This document shows positions 22,831 to 30,723 of a DNA stretch of 32,000 nucleotides, in pieces. The DNA is from Acidobacteriota bacterium (GTDB lineage: Bacteria; Acidobacteriota; Polarisedimenticolia; Polarisedimenticolales; Polarisedimenticolaceae): the NCBI GenBank assembly GCA_040235415.1, contig JBECKR010000312.1, positions 3,362 through 35,361 on the forward strand, written 5' to 3'. Under the pieces are notes generated by a model. That model worked only from the letters and a program-made list of their open reading frames with translations, was not told where the DNA came from and did not search any database. The position numbers were made by a program, and so were the translations under genes. Position 1 is the stretch's first letter, and each line of letters opens with the position of its first letter.

Positions 22831-25149
22831 TCAGAACAGCCGGGCCTGGGTGTCGTCCCCGACGACGCGGTCGAACTCGAGCCCGAGGATCGCGAGGACC
22901 GGCTCCGCGACCGGTCGGATCTGCTTCTGGACGTAATGCTCGTGATCGATCGGCGAGGCACGCTCCCCGGCCGGCTCCGGGCCCGCGGTCGTCACGACGT
23001 AGGAGATTCGGCGCCCCGGTCGCCGCCGTAACTTCCTGGCCGCGGCGACGTGCGGCGGGATCGCGGCGGTGTACGCATCGACCGGTTTTCCGAGCCCCTT
23101 CGTGTACACGAGGTCGTCGTCGAGCGCGCCCGCGCGGAGCCGCGCCACGACGTCGCGGAGGTAGTCCTCGACCGGGCGGTCGCGGAACAGCCGCTCGTAC
23201 AGCTCCCGCTGGACCTCGCGGGCGAGCGCCGTCCAGTCGCGCCGCACGGACTCCATCCCGGTGAACACGACGCGCCCGCCGACCCCGTCGTCGACGAGCC
23301 CGGCGTAGCGCTTGCGCGCCCCCGCGGTGCCGTGGCGCACCGCAGGCAGCAGCAGCCTGCGGTACACGTGCTCGAGCTCGAGAACGAGGCGGCTGTCGAC
23401 CCCCCAGCCGCGACGGACGTGCTCGCGGAGATCACCGTTGACGTCTCTGGCGAGGCGGATTCCCAGGTCGCGCGCGTCCGCCGCATCCCCGACCCCCGAA
23501 AGCACGAACAGGCTGTCGGTGTCCCCGTAAAGGACCTCGTGGCCTCCGGCCTCGAAGCGGCCCTTGGCCCACAGCAGGATCTCGCGGCCGAATCCGGTGA
23601 TGGCATTCGCGAGCTCCGGGTGCGCGAAGCGGCACGCCGGGGTGCCGAGGACCCCGTAGAACGAGTTCATCAGGATCTTGATCGCCTGGCTCGCGACCGC
23701 GTCGCCGGCGGCACGGGCGCGCTCACGCCGCGGGAACAGGTCGTCGAGCATCGCCGGCAGGATGCCCGGCTCGCGCGAGAACCTCGCGCCGTTCGGCGCG
23801 ACGATCGCCTTGCCGGGATCACCGGCCGCGAGCAAGCGCCCGAGCGGGTCGATCTGGACCGTCCGGATGATGCTCGGGTACAGGCTCCGAAAGTCGAACA
23901 CCAGGACGTTGTCGTACAAGCCCGGCTTCGGCTCGAGGACGTGGCCGCCGCTCGTCGCGACACCACCCGCGGGCGCCGGGCGGACGGTCGGCGCGACGAT
24001 GCCGCGCTTCCCGAGCGCCGAGAGGTACAGGAAATCGAACGACGCGATGCTCGCCGTGACGCGATCGGGCGGCATGCCGGTGAGACGGCTGCGCTCGACC
24101 GCGAGCCGCACGAGGTTCGTGCGCTCCAGGATCTCGAGCACGAGCTGCGCATCCTTCAAGTTGTACGCGACGAACCGAACGCGGTCGTCGCGGAACGCCC
24201 GCAGGATCTCGACCGCACGATCCGGGCCCTCGATCAACTTCGATTCGCCGAGGATCTCCCGCGCGACGGCGCCGAGGGAGTAGCTCTCGAGCCGCAGGAA
24301 CGCCCCGCGCAGAAGGTCGATGCCGTCGAGCACGAGACGGCCGGGCACGCTCGCCGCCGAGGAACCACGCGTGCCCGCGGCACGCCGGATTCGCAAGCGG
24401 CCGGCACCGCGACCGATCTCGAGCGCGACGCCGACCTTTCCGGCGATCGCGTCGAGCACCGCGAGGTCGAAGTCGATGACGTTCCACCCGGTAAGGACGT
24501 CCGGGTCGAGGGCGCGCACCCGTCGCACGAATTCCTCGAGCAGCGCCTTCTCGGTCGGGTAGGCGGAGGCGCCGTCGGGGCAATCGCGGCCCGGCGGCGT
24601 CAGCAGCAGGACCTCCGAGGCGCCGGCACCGGCGAGGGCGATCGAGAGCAGCCGGCGGGCGCGGGGGTCCGTCTCGATGTCGAAGGAGAGAACGGTGAGC
24701 TCCGGCGTCCAGTCAGCGGGCGAGACCTCGGGATCGTCGAACACGACGTCGACGCCGTCGCCGGGACGGCCCTCACCCTCGATCAGGACCGCGCCCCGAA
24801 TGCCGCGATCCATGAGATAGCGGTACGCGAACCGGACATCGGCCTCGAAGGTCTCGATTCCCGCCGCGACGAGCCGGTCCCGGACCTGACGGAGGTCCGG
24901 CGGCACGCCGGTCACGACCGGGACGACGCGATCGCCCGACATCGTGCGTCGCGCGGGCCGCGCGCGGCCGAGCCGCGCCCCGAGGGCCTCCGCCCTCGCG
25001 GCGTCCTCCTTCCGGATCCAGAACCGCGGAGCTTCGCGCGTGTCGCGGACCAGGAAGCTGCGCCCGTCGGCGAGTTTGCCGTGGAGCGTGACGACCGCGC
25101 GCCCGCGCTCGACGCGGTAGCTCGGCTGCAGCACGAAACCGACGACCAC
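22831..25149 (-). CDS. polB: DNA polymerase II (family B DNA polymerase), 772 aa
   Basis: The track ORF (to 25392) overlaps argH. I start it at GTG 25149 (VVVGFVLQPSYR, compare E. coli AQAGFILTRHWR) with GGGGAG 7 nt upstream. All motifs are present: Exo I FDIET, Exo II WNVIDFD, Exo III YNLKDA, Pol A DFRSLYPSII, Pol B KILMNSFYG and Pol C YGDTDS. Confidence 0.92.
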   Translation of the reverse strand: MVVGFVLQPSYRVERGRAVVTLHGKLADGRSFLVRDTREAPRFWIRKEDAARAEALGARLGRARPARRTMSGDRVVPVVTGVPPDLRQVRDRLVAAGIETFEADVRFAYRYLMDRGIRGAVLIEGEGRPGDGVDVVFDDPEVSPADWTPELTVLSFDIETDPRARRLLSIALAGAGASEVLLLTPPGRDCPDGASAYPTEKALLEEFVRRVRALDPDVLTGWNVIDFDLAVLDAIAGKVGVALEIGRGAGRLRIRRAAGTRGSSAASVPGRLVLDGIDLLRGAFLRLESYSLGAVAREILGESKLIEGPDRAVEILRAFRDDRVRFVAYNLKDAQLVLEILERTNLVRLAVERSRLTGMPPDRVTASIASFDFLYLSALGKRGIVAPTVRPAPAGGVATSGGHVLEPKPGLYDNVLVFDFRSLYPSIIRTVQIDPLGRLLAAGDPGKAIVAPNGARFSREPGILPAMLDDLFPRRERARAAGDAVASQAIKILMNSFYGVLGTPACRFAHPELANAITGFGREILLWAKGRFEAGGHEVLYGDTDSLFVLSGVGDAADARDLGIRLARDVNGDLREHVRRGWGVDSRLVLELEHVYRRLLLPAVRHGTAGARKRYAGLVDDGVGGRVVFTGMESVRRDWTALAREVQRELYERLFRDRPVEDYLRDVVARLRAGALDDDLVYTKGLGKPVDAYTAAIPPHVAAARKLRRRPGRRISYVVTTAGPEPAGERASPIDHEHYVQKQIRPVAEPVLAILGLEFDRVVGDDTQARLF

Positions 25150-25199
25150 GGCGGGCTCCCCGGCGCGCCGAGGAAGCGGGCGCGACCGACCCCGGGCCC

Positions 25200-26570
25200 T
25201 TATACCAGCGTCGCCCGCAGCAGCGCGACCTGGCGGACGATCTCGGACCAGGCGGTTCCGCCCCGCGAGGTCCGTCGCTCGGCCGCAGCGGCGGGCTCGA
25301 GCCACGGGCGCAGGTCGATCCCCAGTTCCGGATGGAACGTCGCCGCGACCTCGGGCGTCAACGCGTCGAGACCGACCCCGCGCGACTCGCACCAGGCGAC
25401 GGCCCGCGAGACCGCCTCGTGCGCCTCGCGGAAGGGGACGCCCTTGGCGGCCAGGAGGTCGGCGAGCTCGGTAGCGAGGCTCGGATCGCCGCGGAGCACG
25501 CCCTCGAAGCGCTCGCGGTTGACCGCGAGCGTGCGCCAGACCCCCTCCACGATCCCGACCGAGGCGGTCGTCGTCTCCACGGCGTCGAACAGCGCCTCAC
25601 GGTCCTCCTGGAGATCGCGGTTGTAGGCGAGGGGCAGTCCCTTGACGAGCGCGAGCAGCGCGATCGCGTCGCCGAGGACGCGCGCCGCCTTGCCGCGGAC
25701 GAGCTCCGCGGCGTCCGGGTTGCGCTTCTGCGGCATGATGCTGGAGCCGGTCGCGTAGGCGTCGGCGAGACGCAGGAACGCGAACTCGCTCGAGGTCCAC
25801 AGCACGAGCTCCTCGCCCATGCGGGACAGGTGCGTCGCTGCGATGGCACACGCCGACGCGACTTCCTGGACGTGGTCGCGGGCCGAGACCGCGTCCATGG
25901 CGTTCTCGACGATGCCGCCGAAGCCGAGCAGCGCCGCCGTGCGCTCGCGGTCGATGGGGTGCGGCGTACCGGCCATGGCGCAGGCGCCGAGCGGGCTGCG
26001 ATCGACCCTCCGTAGCGCGTCGGACAGGCGCTCGCGGTCGCGCGAGATCGCCCAGGCGTGTGCCAGGAGGTGGTGCCCGAGCCGGATCGGCTGCCCGCGC
26101 TGCAGGTGCGTGTACCCCGGCATCAGCGCGCGGCCGTCGCTCTCGACGCGGTCGAGGAGCGTCCCGACGAGGCGCGCGAGCGCGGCGTCCAGGGCGGCGA
26201 GCCGGCGCTTCAGCCACAAGCGGACGTCCGTCGCGACCTGGTCGTTGCGGGAGCGGGCGGTGTGGAGCTTCTTGGCGGTCTCGCCGACGAGCTCGACCAA
26301 GCGGGCCTCGACCGCCATGTGGACGTCTTCGTCGGCGTCGTCGGGCCGCCAGGCGCCGTCGCGGAGCTCCGCCCGGATCGCCTCCAGGCCGTCGCGGATA
26401 CGCGCGGCCTCGCCGGCGGTGAGCAGTCCGACCTCGGCGAGCATCGCGGCGTGCGCGATCGATCCGTCGATGTCCTCGTCGGCCATGAGGAGGTCGACGT
26501 CGATCGAAGACGAGAACCGCCGCATGTCGTCGCCGACCGGACTGGCGAACCGCCCCCGCAGCCGACTCAT
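25200..26570 (-). CDS. argH: Argininosuccinate lyase, 456 aa
   Basis: The track ORF is over-extended. ATG 26570 ([12 protein letters not shown]) overlaps the argG stop as ATGA. Motifs are [22 protein letters not shown] and the fumarate-lyase signature [12 protein letters not shown]. Confidence 0.95.
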   Translation of the reverse strand: MSRLRGRFASPVGDDMRRFSSSIDVDLLMADEDIDGSIAHAAMLAEVGLLTAGEAARIRDGLEAIRAELRDGAWRPDDADEDVHMAVEARLVELVGETAKKLHTARSRNDQVATDVRLWLKRRLAALDAALARLVGTLLDRVESDGRALMPGYTHLQRGQPIRLGHHLLAHAWAISRDRERLSDALRRVDRSPLGACAMAGTPHPIDRERTAALLGFGGIVENAMDAVSARDHVQEVASACAIAATHLSRMGEELVLWTSSEFAFLRLADAYATGSSIMPQKRNPDAAELVRGKAARVLGDAIALLALVKGLPLAYNRDLQEDREALFDAVETTTASVGIVEGVWRTLAVNRERFEGVLRGDPSLATELADLLAAKGVPFREAHEAVSRAVAWCESRGVGLDALTPEVAATFHPELGIDLRPWLEPAAAAERRTSRGGTAWSEIVRQVALLRATLV

Positions 26571-27772
26571 TCGCCCTCCGAGATCCGCTTGGCGCCGAAC
26601 GTCCGGAGCCGCAGCGCGGTCAGCCGGATGAACCCGGTCGCGTCGGATTGCTCGTAGACGTCGTCCGCCTCGAACGTCGCGGTCTTCTCGTCGTACAGAT
26701 TGTGGGAGCTCGAGCGCCGGCCTTCGACCCACACGCCGCCTTTGTAGAGCTTCAGGCGAGCCTCGCCGTTGACGCGGTTCTGAACCGAGTCCATGAACGA
26801 CTGCAGGGCCTCGCGCTCCGGGCTGAACCACAGACCGTTGTAGACCATCTCCGCGTAGCGCGGAACGAGCTCGTCCCGGAGGTGCTGGACCTCCCGATCC
26901 AGCGTGATGGACTCGACGGCACGGTGCGCGTGGAGCAGGGCGGTCACGCCGGGAGTCTCGTAGACCCCACGGCTCTTCATGCCGATGAAGCGATTCTCCA
27001 CGACGTCGACCCGTCCGATTCCGTGCTTGCCCGCGATCGCGTTCATCTCGGAGAGGAGCTCGACGGGAGAAAGCTCGCGATCGTCCACCGCCACGGGTAC
27101 GCCGCGGCGGAACCGGATCGTGACGCGCTCGGGCGCGTCGGGAGCGTCCTCGGGATCGGCCGTCATGCGGAACATCCCGGCCGGAGGACCGGACCACGGA
27201 TCCTCGAGGATCCCGCCCTCGTAGGAGACGTGCATCAGGTTCGCGTCCATCGAGTACTCCGGCTTGGGCGCGATGTCGAGCGGGATGTCGTGCTTGCGCG
27301 CGTACGCCACGAGATCGGAGCGGCCCTTCATGGTCCACTCCCGCCATGGCGCGATGACCTTGATGTCCGGCTTCATCGCATACGCAGACAGCTCGAACCG
27401 CACCTGGTCGTTACCCTTGCCCGTGGCGCCGTGCGCGATCGCATCCGCGCCGATGCGCTGCGCCGCATGCACGAGGCCGCGTGCGAGGATCGGCCGCGCG
27501 AGCGAGGTCCCCATGAGGTAGTAGCTCTCGTAGACCGCATTGGCCCGCAGCGCCGGGAAGATGCAGTCCCGAACGAGCGCCTCGCGGAGGTCCTCGACGA
27601 GCGCGTCGCTCGCGCCGGTCCGGAGCGCGTTCGCGCGCGCCTTGGCGACCTCTTCGTCGCCCTGGCCGACGTCGCCGGTGTAGGTCACGACCTCCGCCCC
27701 GTACGTCTCCCGGATCCAGTGCAGGATCACCGAGGTGTCGAGGCCTCCCGAGTACGCCAGCACGACCTTCAT
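26567..27772 (-). CDS. argG: Argininosuccinate synthase, 401 aa
   Basis: Motifs are [14 protein letters not shown] (the ATP PPi-loop), [15 protein letters not shown] and [14 protein letters not shown]. The ATG overlaps the argR stop (ATGA). Confidence 0.95.
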   Translation of the reverse strand: MKVVLAYSGGLDTSVILHWIRETYGAEVVTYTGDVGQGDEEVAKARANALRTGASDALVEDLREALVRDCIFPALRANAVYESYYLMGTSLARPILARGLVHAAQRIGADAIAHGATGKGNDQVRFELSAYAMKPDIKVIAPWREWTMKGRSDLVAYARKHDIPLDIAPKPEYSMDANLMHVSYEGGILEDPWSGPPAGMFRMTADPEDAPDAPERVTIRFRRGVPVAVDDRELSPVELLSEMNAIAGKHGIGRVDVVENRFIGMKSRGVYETPGVTALLHAHRAVESITLDREVQHLRDELVPRYAEMVYNGLWFSPEREALQSFMDSVQNRVNGEARLKLYKGGVWVEGRRSSSHNLYDEKTATFEADDVYEQSDATGFIRLTALRLRTFGAKRISEGE

Positions 27773-28245
27773 TTCCCGACCTCCAGCAGCCGGTCCAGCG
27801 CGCGCGCCAGTCCGGCTCCGCCCTGTGCGGATCGCGCGACCACGAGGACGGTGTCGTCCCCCGCGATCGTCGCGAGGACGCTCTCGATCTCGGCGGAATC
27901 GAGCGCTGCGGCGACCGGGCCCGCCGAGCCCGGGGCGGTCTTGACGACCGCCAGGTTTCCCGAATGCCCGATCTCGATCGCGAACGCCTGCAGCAGTCTC
28001 GCGAGCTCCTGCGGCGCCACGGCCTCCCGGCCGGCGGCGGGCGCGAGCGCGTAGCGCTCCTCGCCGTCGTCGCCCGTCGTCTTGACGGCCCCGATCGCCG
28101 CGAGGTCCCGCGACACGGTCGCCTGCGTGACGACGTGGCCGCGCCGGGCGAGCAGCCGCGCGATGTCATCCTGGGTCGACGCCTCGCCGCCCGAGAGCAG
28201 CCGGCGCAGGACCACGCGCCTCGCCGCGGCTCGGCCCCGGTTCAC
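27769..28245 (-). CDS. argR: Arginine repressor ArgR, 158 aa
   Basis: The winged-helix N-domain is [44 protein letters not shown]. The C-terminal oligomerisation/arginine domain is [14 protein letters not shown]...[13 protein letters not shown] start it at GTG 28245 (GGAGG upstream) because the track start at 28311 would run through the promoter/operator. Confidence 0.9.
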   Translation of the reverse strand: MNRGRAAARRVVLRRLLSGGEASTQDDIARLLARRGHVVTQATVSRDLAAIGAVKTTGDDGEERYALAPAAGREAVAPQELARLLQAFAIEIGHSGNLAVVKTAPGSAGPVAAALDSAEIESVLATIAGDDTVLVVARSAQGGAGLARALDRLLEVGK

Positions 28246-28269
28246 CGCGCCTCCGGCCCGATTCGTTGA

Positions 28270-28285
28270 ATGCGCATATGCGCAT
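28270..28285. promoter_or_regulatory. 16-bp perfect palindrome ATGCGCATATGCGCAT, a candidate ArgR operator (ARG-box-like)
   Basis: It is its own reverse complement and is also two tandem copies of the 8-bp palindrome ATGCGCAT. It abuts and overlaps the -10 box, covers the predicted TSS of argR, and lies 25-40 nt upstream of the GTG. Confidence 0.5.
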
Positions 28286-28311
28286 ACTAGCAGCGGTGCG
28301 GCCCTCGTCAA
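28284..28311 (-). promoter_or_regulatory. argR-argG-argH promoter TTGACG-N16-TAGTAT
   Basis: On the minus strand, -35 TTGACG is at 28311-28306 and -10 TAGTAT at 28289-28284, with a 16-nt spacer. It lies 14 nt downstream of the NUDIX stop. Confidence 0.55.
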
Positions 28312-28324
28312 GGGCGGCGACAGG

Positions 28325-28852
28325 TCAGGGGAGGGTCGGATTCCGGAACGGTGCGAACACGGTCCGGCCCCCGATCTCGCGGTGGTGCCGGAGCGCCCAG
28401 CGCACCGTGGGAAAGGCGAGATCGTCCCACGGGATGCGGTCCCACTCGAAGAGCCGGACCTCGAGGCTCTCCTCCCCCGCGGAGAACTCCGGGCTCGCGA
28501 GCCGGGCCTGGTAGATGAGCTGGATCTGGCTGATGCGGGCCAGGCTGTAGACCGCCAGCAGAGAGACGATCTCGAGCCGCGCGCGCGCCTCCTCCCAGGC
28601 CTCGCGCATGGCGCCGGCCTCCGGTGTCTCGTGCTGCTCCAGGAACCCGGCCGGGATCGTCCAGTAACCGCGCCGCGGCTCGATCGCGCGGCGACACAGC
28701 AGGATCCCGTCGTCCAGGACGGCCACGGCGCCGACCACGACCTTGGGATTCTCGTAGTGGATGAAGCCGCAGTTCGTGCACACCAGCCGCTCGTGCGTGT
28801 CTCCCTCCGGGATCTTGCGTGTGAACGCCGGCTCGTCGGGTCCTCCGGGCAT
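28325..28852 (-). CDS. NUDIX hydrolase with N-terminal zinc-ribbon, 175 aa
   Basis: The track ORF is over-extended. ATG 28852 has GGAG 5 nt upstream. The ribbon is [12 protein letters not shown] and the Nudix box is [23 protein letters not shown] (G-x5-E-x7-RE-x-x-EE). Confidence 0.88.
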   Translation of the reverse strand: MPGGPDEPAFTRKIPEGDTHERLVCTNCGFIHYENPKVVVGAVAVLDDGILLCRRAIEPRRGYWTIPAGFLEQHETPEAGAMREAWEEARARLEIVSLLAVYSLARISQIQLIYQARLASPEFSAGEESLEVRLFEWDRIPWDDLAFPTVRWALRHHREIGGRTVFAPFRNPTLP

Positions 28853-28868
28853 GGTTTCTCCGCGGAAC

Positions 28869-28894
28869 GGTGTCAGACACCGGTGTCTGACACC
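28869..28894. repeat. REP-like perfect 26-bp palindrome GGTGTCAGACACCGGTGTCTGACACC (copy 3, identical to copy 1)
   Basis: Read directly from the sequence. It overlaps the S9 peptidase stop codon (28873-28875) and lies 16 nt upstream of the NUDIX ATG. It is preceded by GAAC and followed by GTCC. Confidence 0.9.
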
Positions 28895-30723
28895 GTCCCG
28901 AGATGACGGTCGAGGAAGCGCTCGAGCGCGCGGTAGAAGTCGAACGCGTTCTCCTCGTTGTGGAAGCCGTGGCCCTCGTCGTCCTTGACGATGTACTCGA
29001 CCTCGACGCCGCGCTCCCGCAGCGCGGCGACGATCTGATCCGACTCTTCCTTTCGGACGCGCGGATCGTTCGCGCCCTGAGCCACGAGCAGCGGCACGCG
29101 AATCCGGTTCGCGTTGAACAACGGCGAGGTGGCGCGGAACCGCTCCGCGTCCCGCTCCGGGTGGCCGACCATCTCGTACATCATTTCGAGGAACGGTTTC
29201 CAGTACGGCGGGAACGCCGCGATCCACGTGAACAGGTTCGCGACCCCGACGTAGCTCACGCCGCAAGCGTAGAGCTCGGGAGTGCGGGTCAGCCCCGACA
29301 GCGCCGCGTAGCCGCCGTAGCTGCCGCCGTAGATCGCGACGCGGCCCGGATCGGCGATGCCGTGCTCGATCGCCCACGCGACGCCGTCCGTGATGTCGTC
29401 CTGCATAGCGAGTCCCCACTGTCCGAACCCCGCCTCGAGGAACTTGCGGCCGTACCCGGTCGAGCTCCGGAAGTTGACGTTCAGCACGGCGTAGCCTCGG
29501 TTCGCCAGGAATTGCACCTCCGGGTCGAATCCCCAGACATCACGGTGCCACGGCCCGCCGTGAGGATGGACGACCATCGGCACCGGGGAGTCGACGGCGG
29601 TCCGCGGACGGGTCAGGTATCCGTGGATCTCGAGACCGTCCCTCGCGCGGTATACGATCGGCTCGACCTCCGCCATCTCGCGCTCGTCGAGCCACGGGGA
29701 GATGTCGAAGAGCTTCCGGATCGCGAGCGGGCCCTCCTCGGGCGCCTCGAGCAGGTGGTAGTCGCCGAGCGAGCGGTCGCTGCCGGAAAACACGACGTAG
29801 CGTGTCTCGTCGCGGGAGTGCGACACGATGCGGTTGAATCGGCCCGGCAGGCGCTCGTCGAGGAACCGTTGGATCTCGGCGCGGCGGGTCTCGAAAAAGC
29901 GGTACGCGGGCTTCGCCGTCTGGTACAGCACTCCGGTGATCGTCTTCCGGCGTTTGGAATGAAGGAGTGTCGAGACGTCGACTTCCGGATGCTCGAAGAT
30001 CGCCTTGCCCTCCCGTCCGGTCTCGAGGTCGTACTCGAAGATCGCCCTGCGGTCCCGTCCGACGTTCGAGGAGACGTAGATCGCACGGTCGTCGAACGTG
30101 AAGAACAGCGGACTCGCCGACTCCTTGAAGTCATACGTCGCGACCGTTCGCCAGGCATCGTCCTCGGTCTCGCGGTACAGGATGCTCGTGTTGACGCCGT
30201 CGGTCGTCTGGGCCAGCCGTAGCCGGCCGGCGTGGTCCGTGATCCAGGACTGTACGTTGCCGGGATTCTCCGCGACGAGCGTGGTCTCGCCGGACCGGAC
30301 GTCGAGCCGATAGACGTCGAAGATCTCCGGGTTCCTGCGGTTCATTTGGAACAGGATCTCGTCGTCGATCTCCTCGAGATCGTCGACGATTCCGCACTTG
30401 ACGCCCTCGTAGGGCGTGAGGTCGAGCGGCTCGGATCCGTCGCGCCCGACGGCGTACAGGCGGTAGTTCTCGTCACCGCCGCTGTCCTGAACGTGGATCA
30501 GGCGGTCATCGCTCGCCCAGAGGTAGCCCGCGACGTCGCGTTCGCGGGCGTCGGTCACGCGGATCTCCTCGCCCGTCTCGAGATCGCGCACCCACACGTT
30601 GAGACGCCGCTCGTGCGGGGCGAGGAACGCGAGGTGCCGCCCCGAGGGAGACAGCTCGAGGTCGATGCGCTCGGGCTTGCGGAAAAAATCCTCGAGCGGG
30701 ATGCGTCGGGTCAAGGTCGTCAC
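28873..30723 (-). CDS. S9 family serine peptidase (prolyl oligopeptidase / dipeptidyl aminopeptidase-like), 616 aa
   Basis: The track ORF is over-extended. GTG 30723 ([14 protein letters not shown]) has GGAGG 6 nt upstream and overlaps the upstream gene's stop as GTGA. A beta-propeller N-half is followed by a hydrolase domain with the nucleophile GGSYGG, then QGANDPRV (Asp) and EGHGF (His). Confidence 0.9.
   Translation of the reverse strand: MTTLTRRIPLEDFFRKPERIDLELSPSGRHLAFLAPHERRLNVWVRDLETGEEIRVTDARERDVAGYLWASDDRLIHVQDSGGDENYRLYAVGRDGSEPLDLTPYEGVKCGIVDDLEEIDDEILFQMNRRNPEIFDVYRLDVRSGETTLVAENPGNVQSWITDHAGRLRLAQTTDGVNTSILYRETEDDAWRTVATYDFKESASPLFFTFDDRAIYVSSNVGRDRRAIFEYDLETGREGKAIFEHPEVDVSTLLHSKRRKTITGVLYQTAKPAYRFFETRRAEIQRFLDERLPGRFNRIVSHSRDETRYVVFSGSDRSLGDYHLLEAPEEGPLAIRKLFDISPWLDEREMAEVEPIVYRARDGLEIHGYLTRPRTAVDSPVPMVVHPHGGPWHRDVWGFDPEVQFLANRGYAVLNVNFRSSTGYGRKFLEAGFGQWGLAMQDDITDGVAWAIEHGIADPGRVAIYGGSYGGYAALSGLTRTPELYACGVSYVGVANLFTWIAAFPPYWKPFLEMMYEMVGHPERDAERFRATSPLFNANRIRVPLLVAQGANDPRVRKEESDQIVAALRERGVEVEYIVKDDEGHGFHNEENAFDFYRALERFLDRHLGTVSDTGV

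Noticed and set aside
23050-25626. An 858-aa + strand ORF opposite polB.
   Set aside because: It is an antisense shadow of polB and argH. It has no motifs and a biased R/D/E/A composition, while polB on the other strand has all six family-B motifs.
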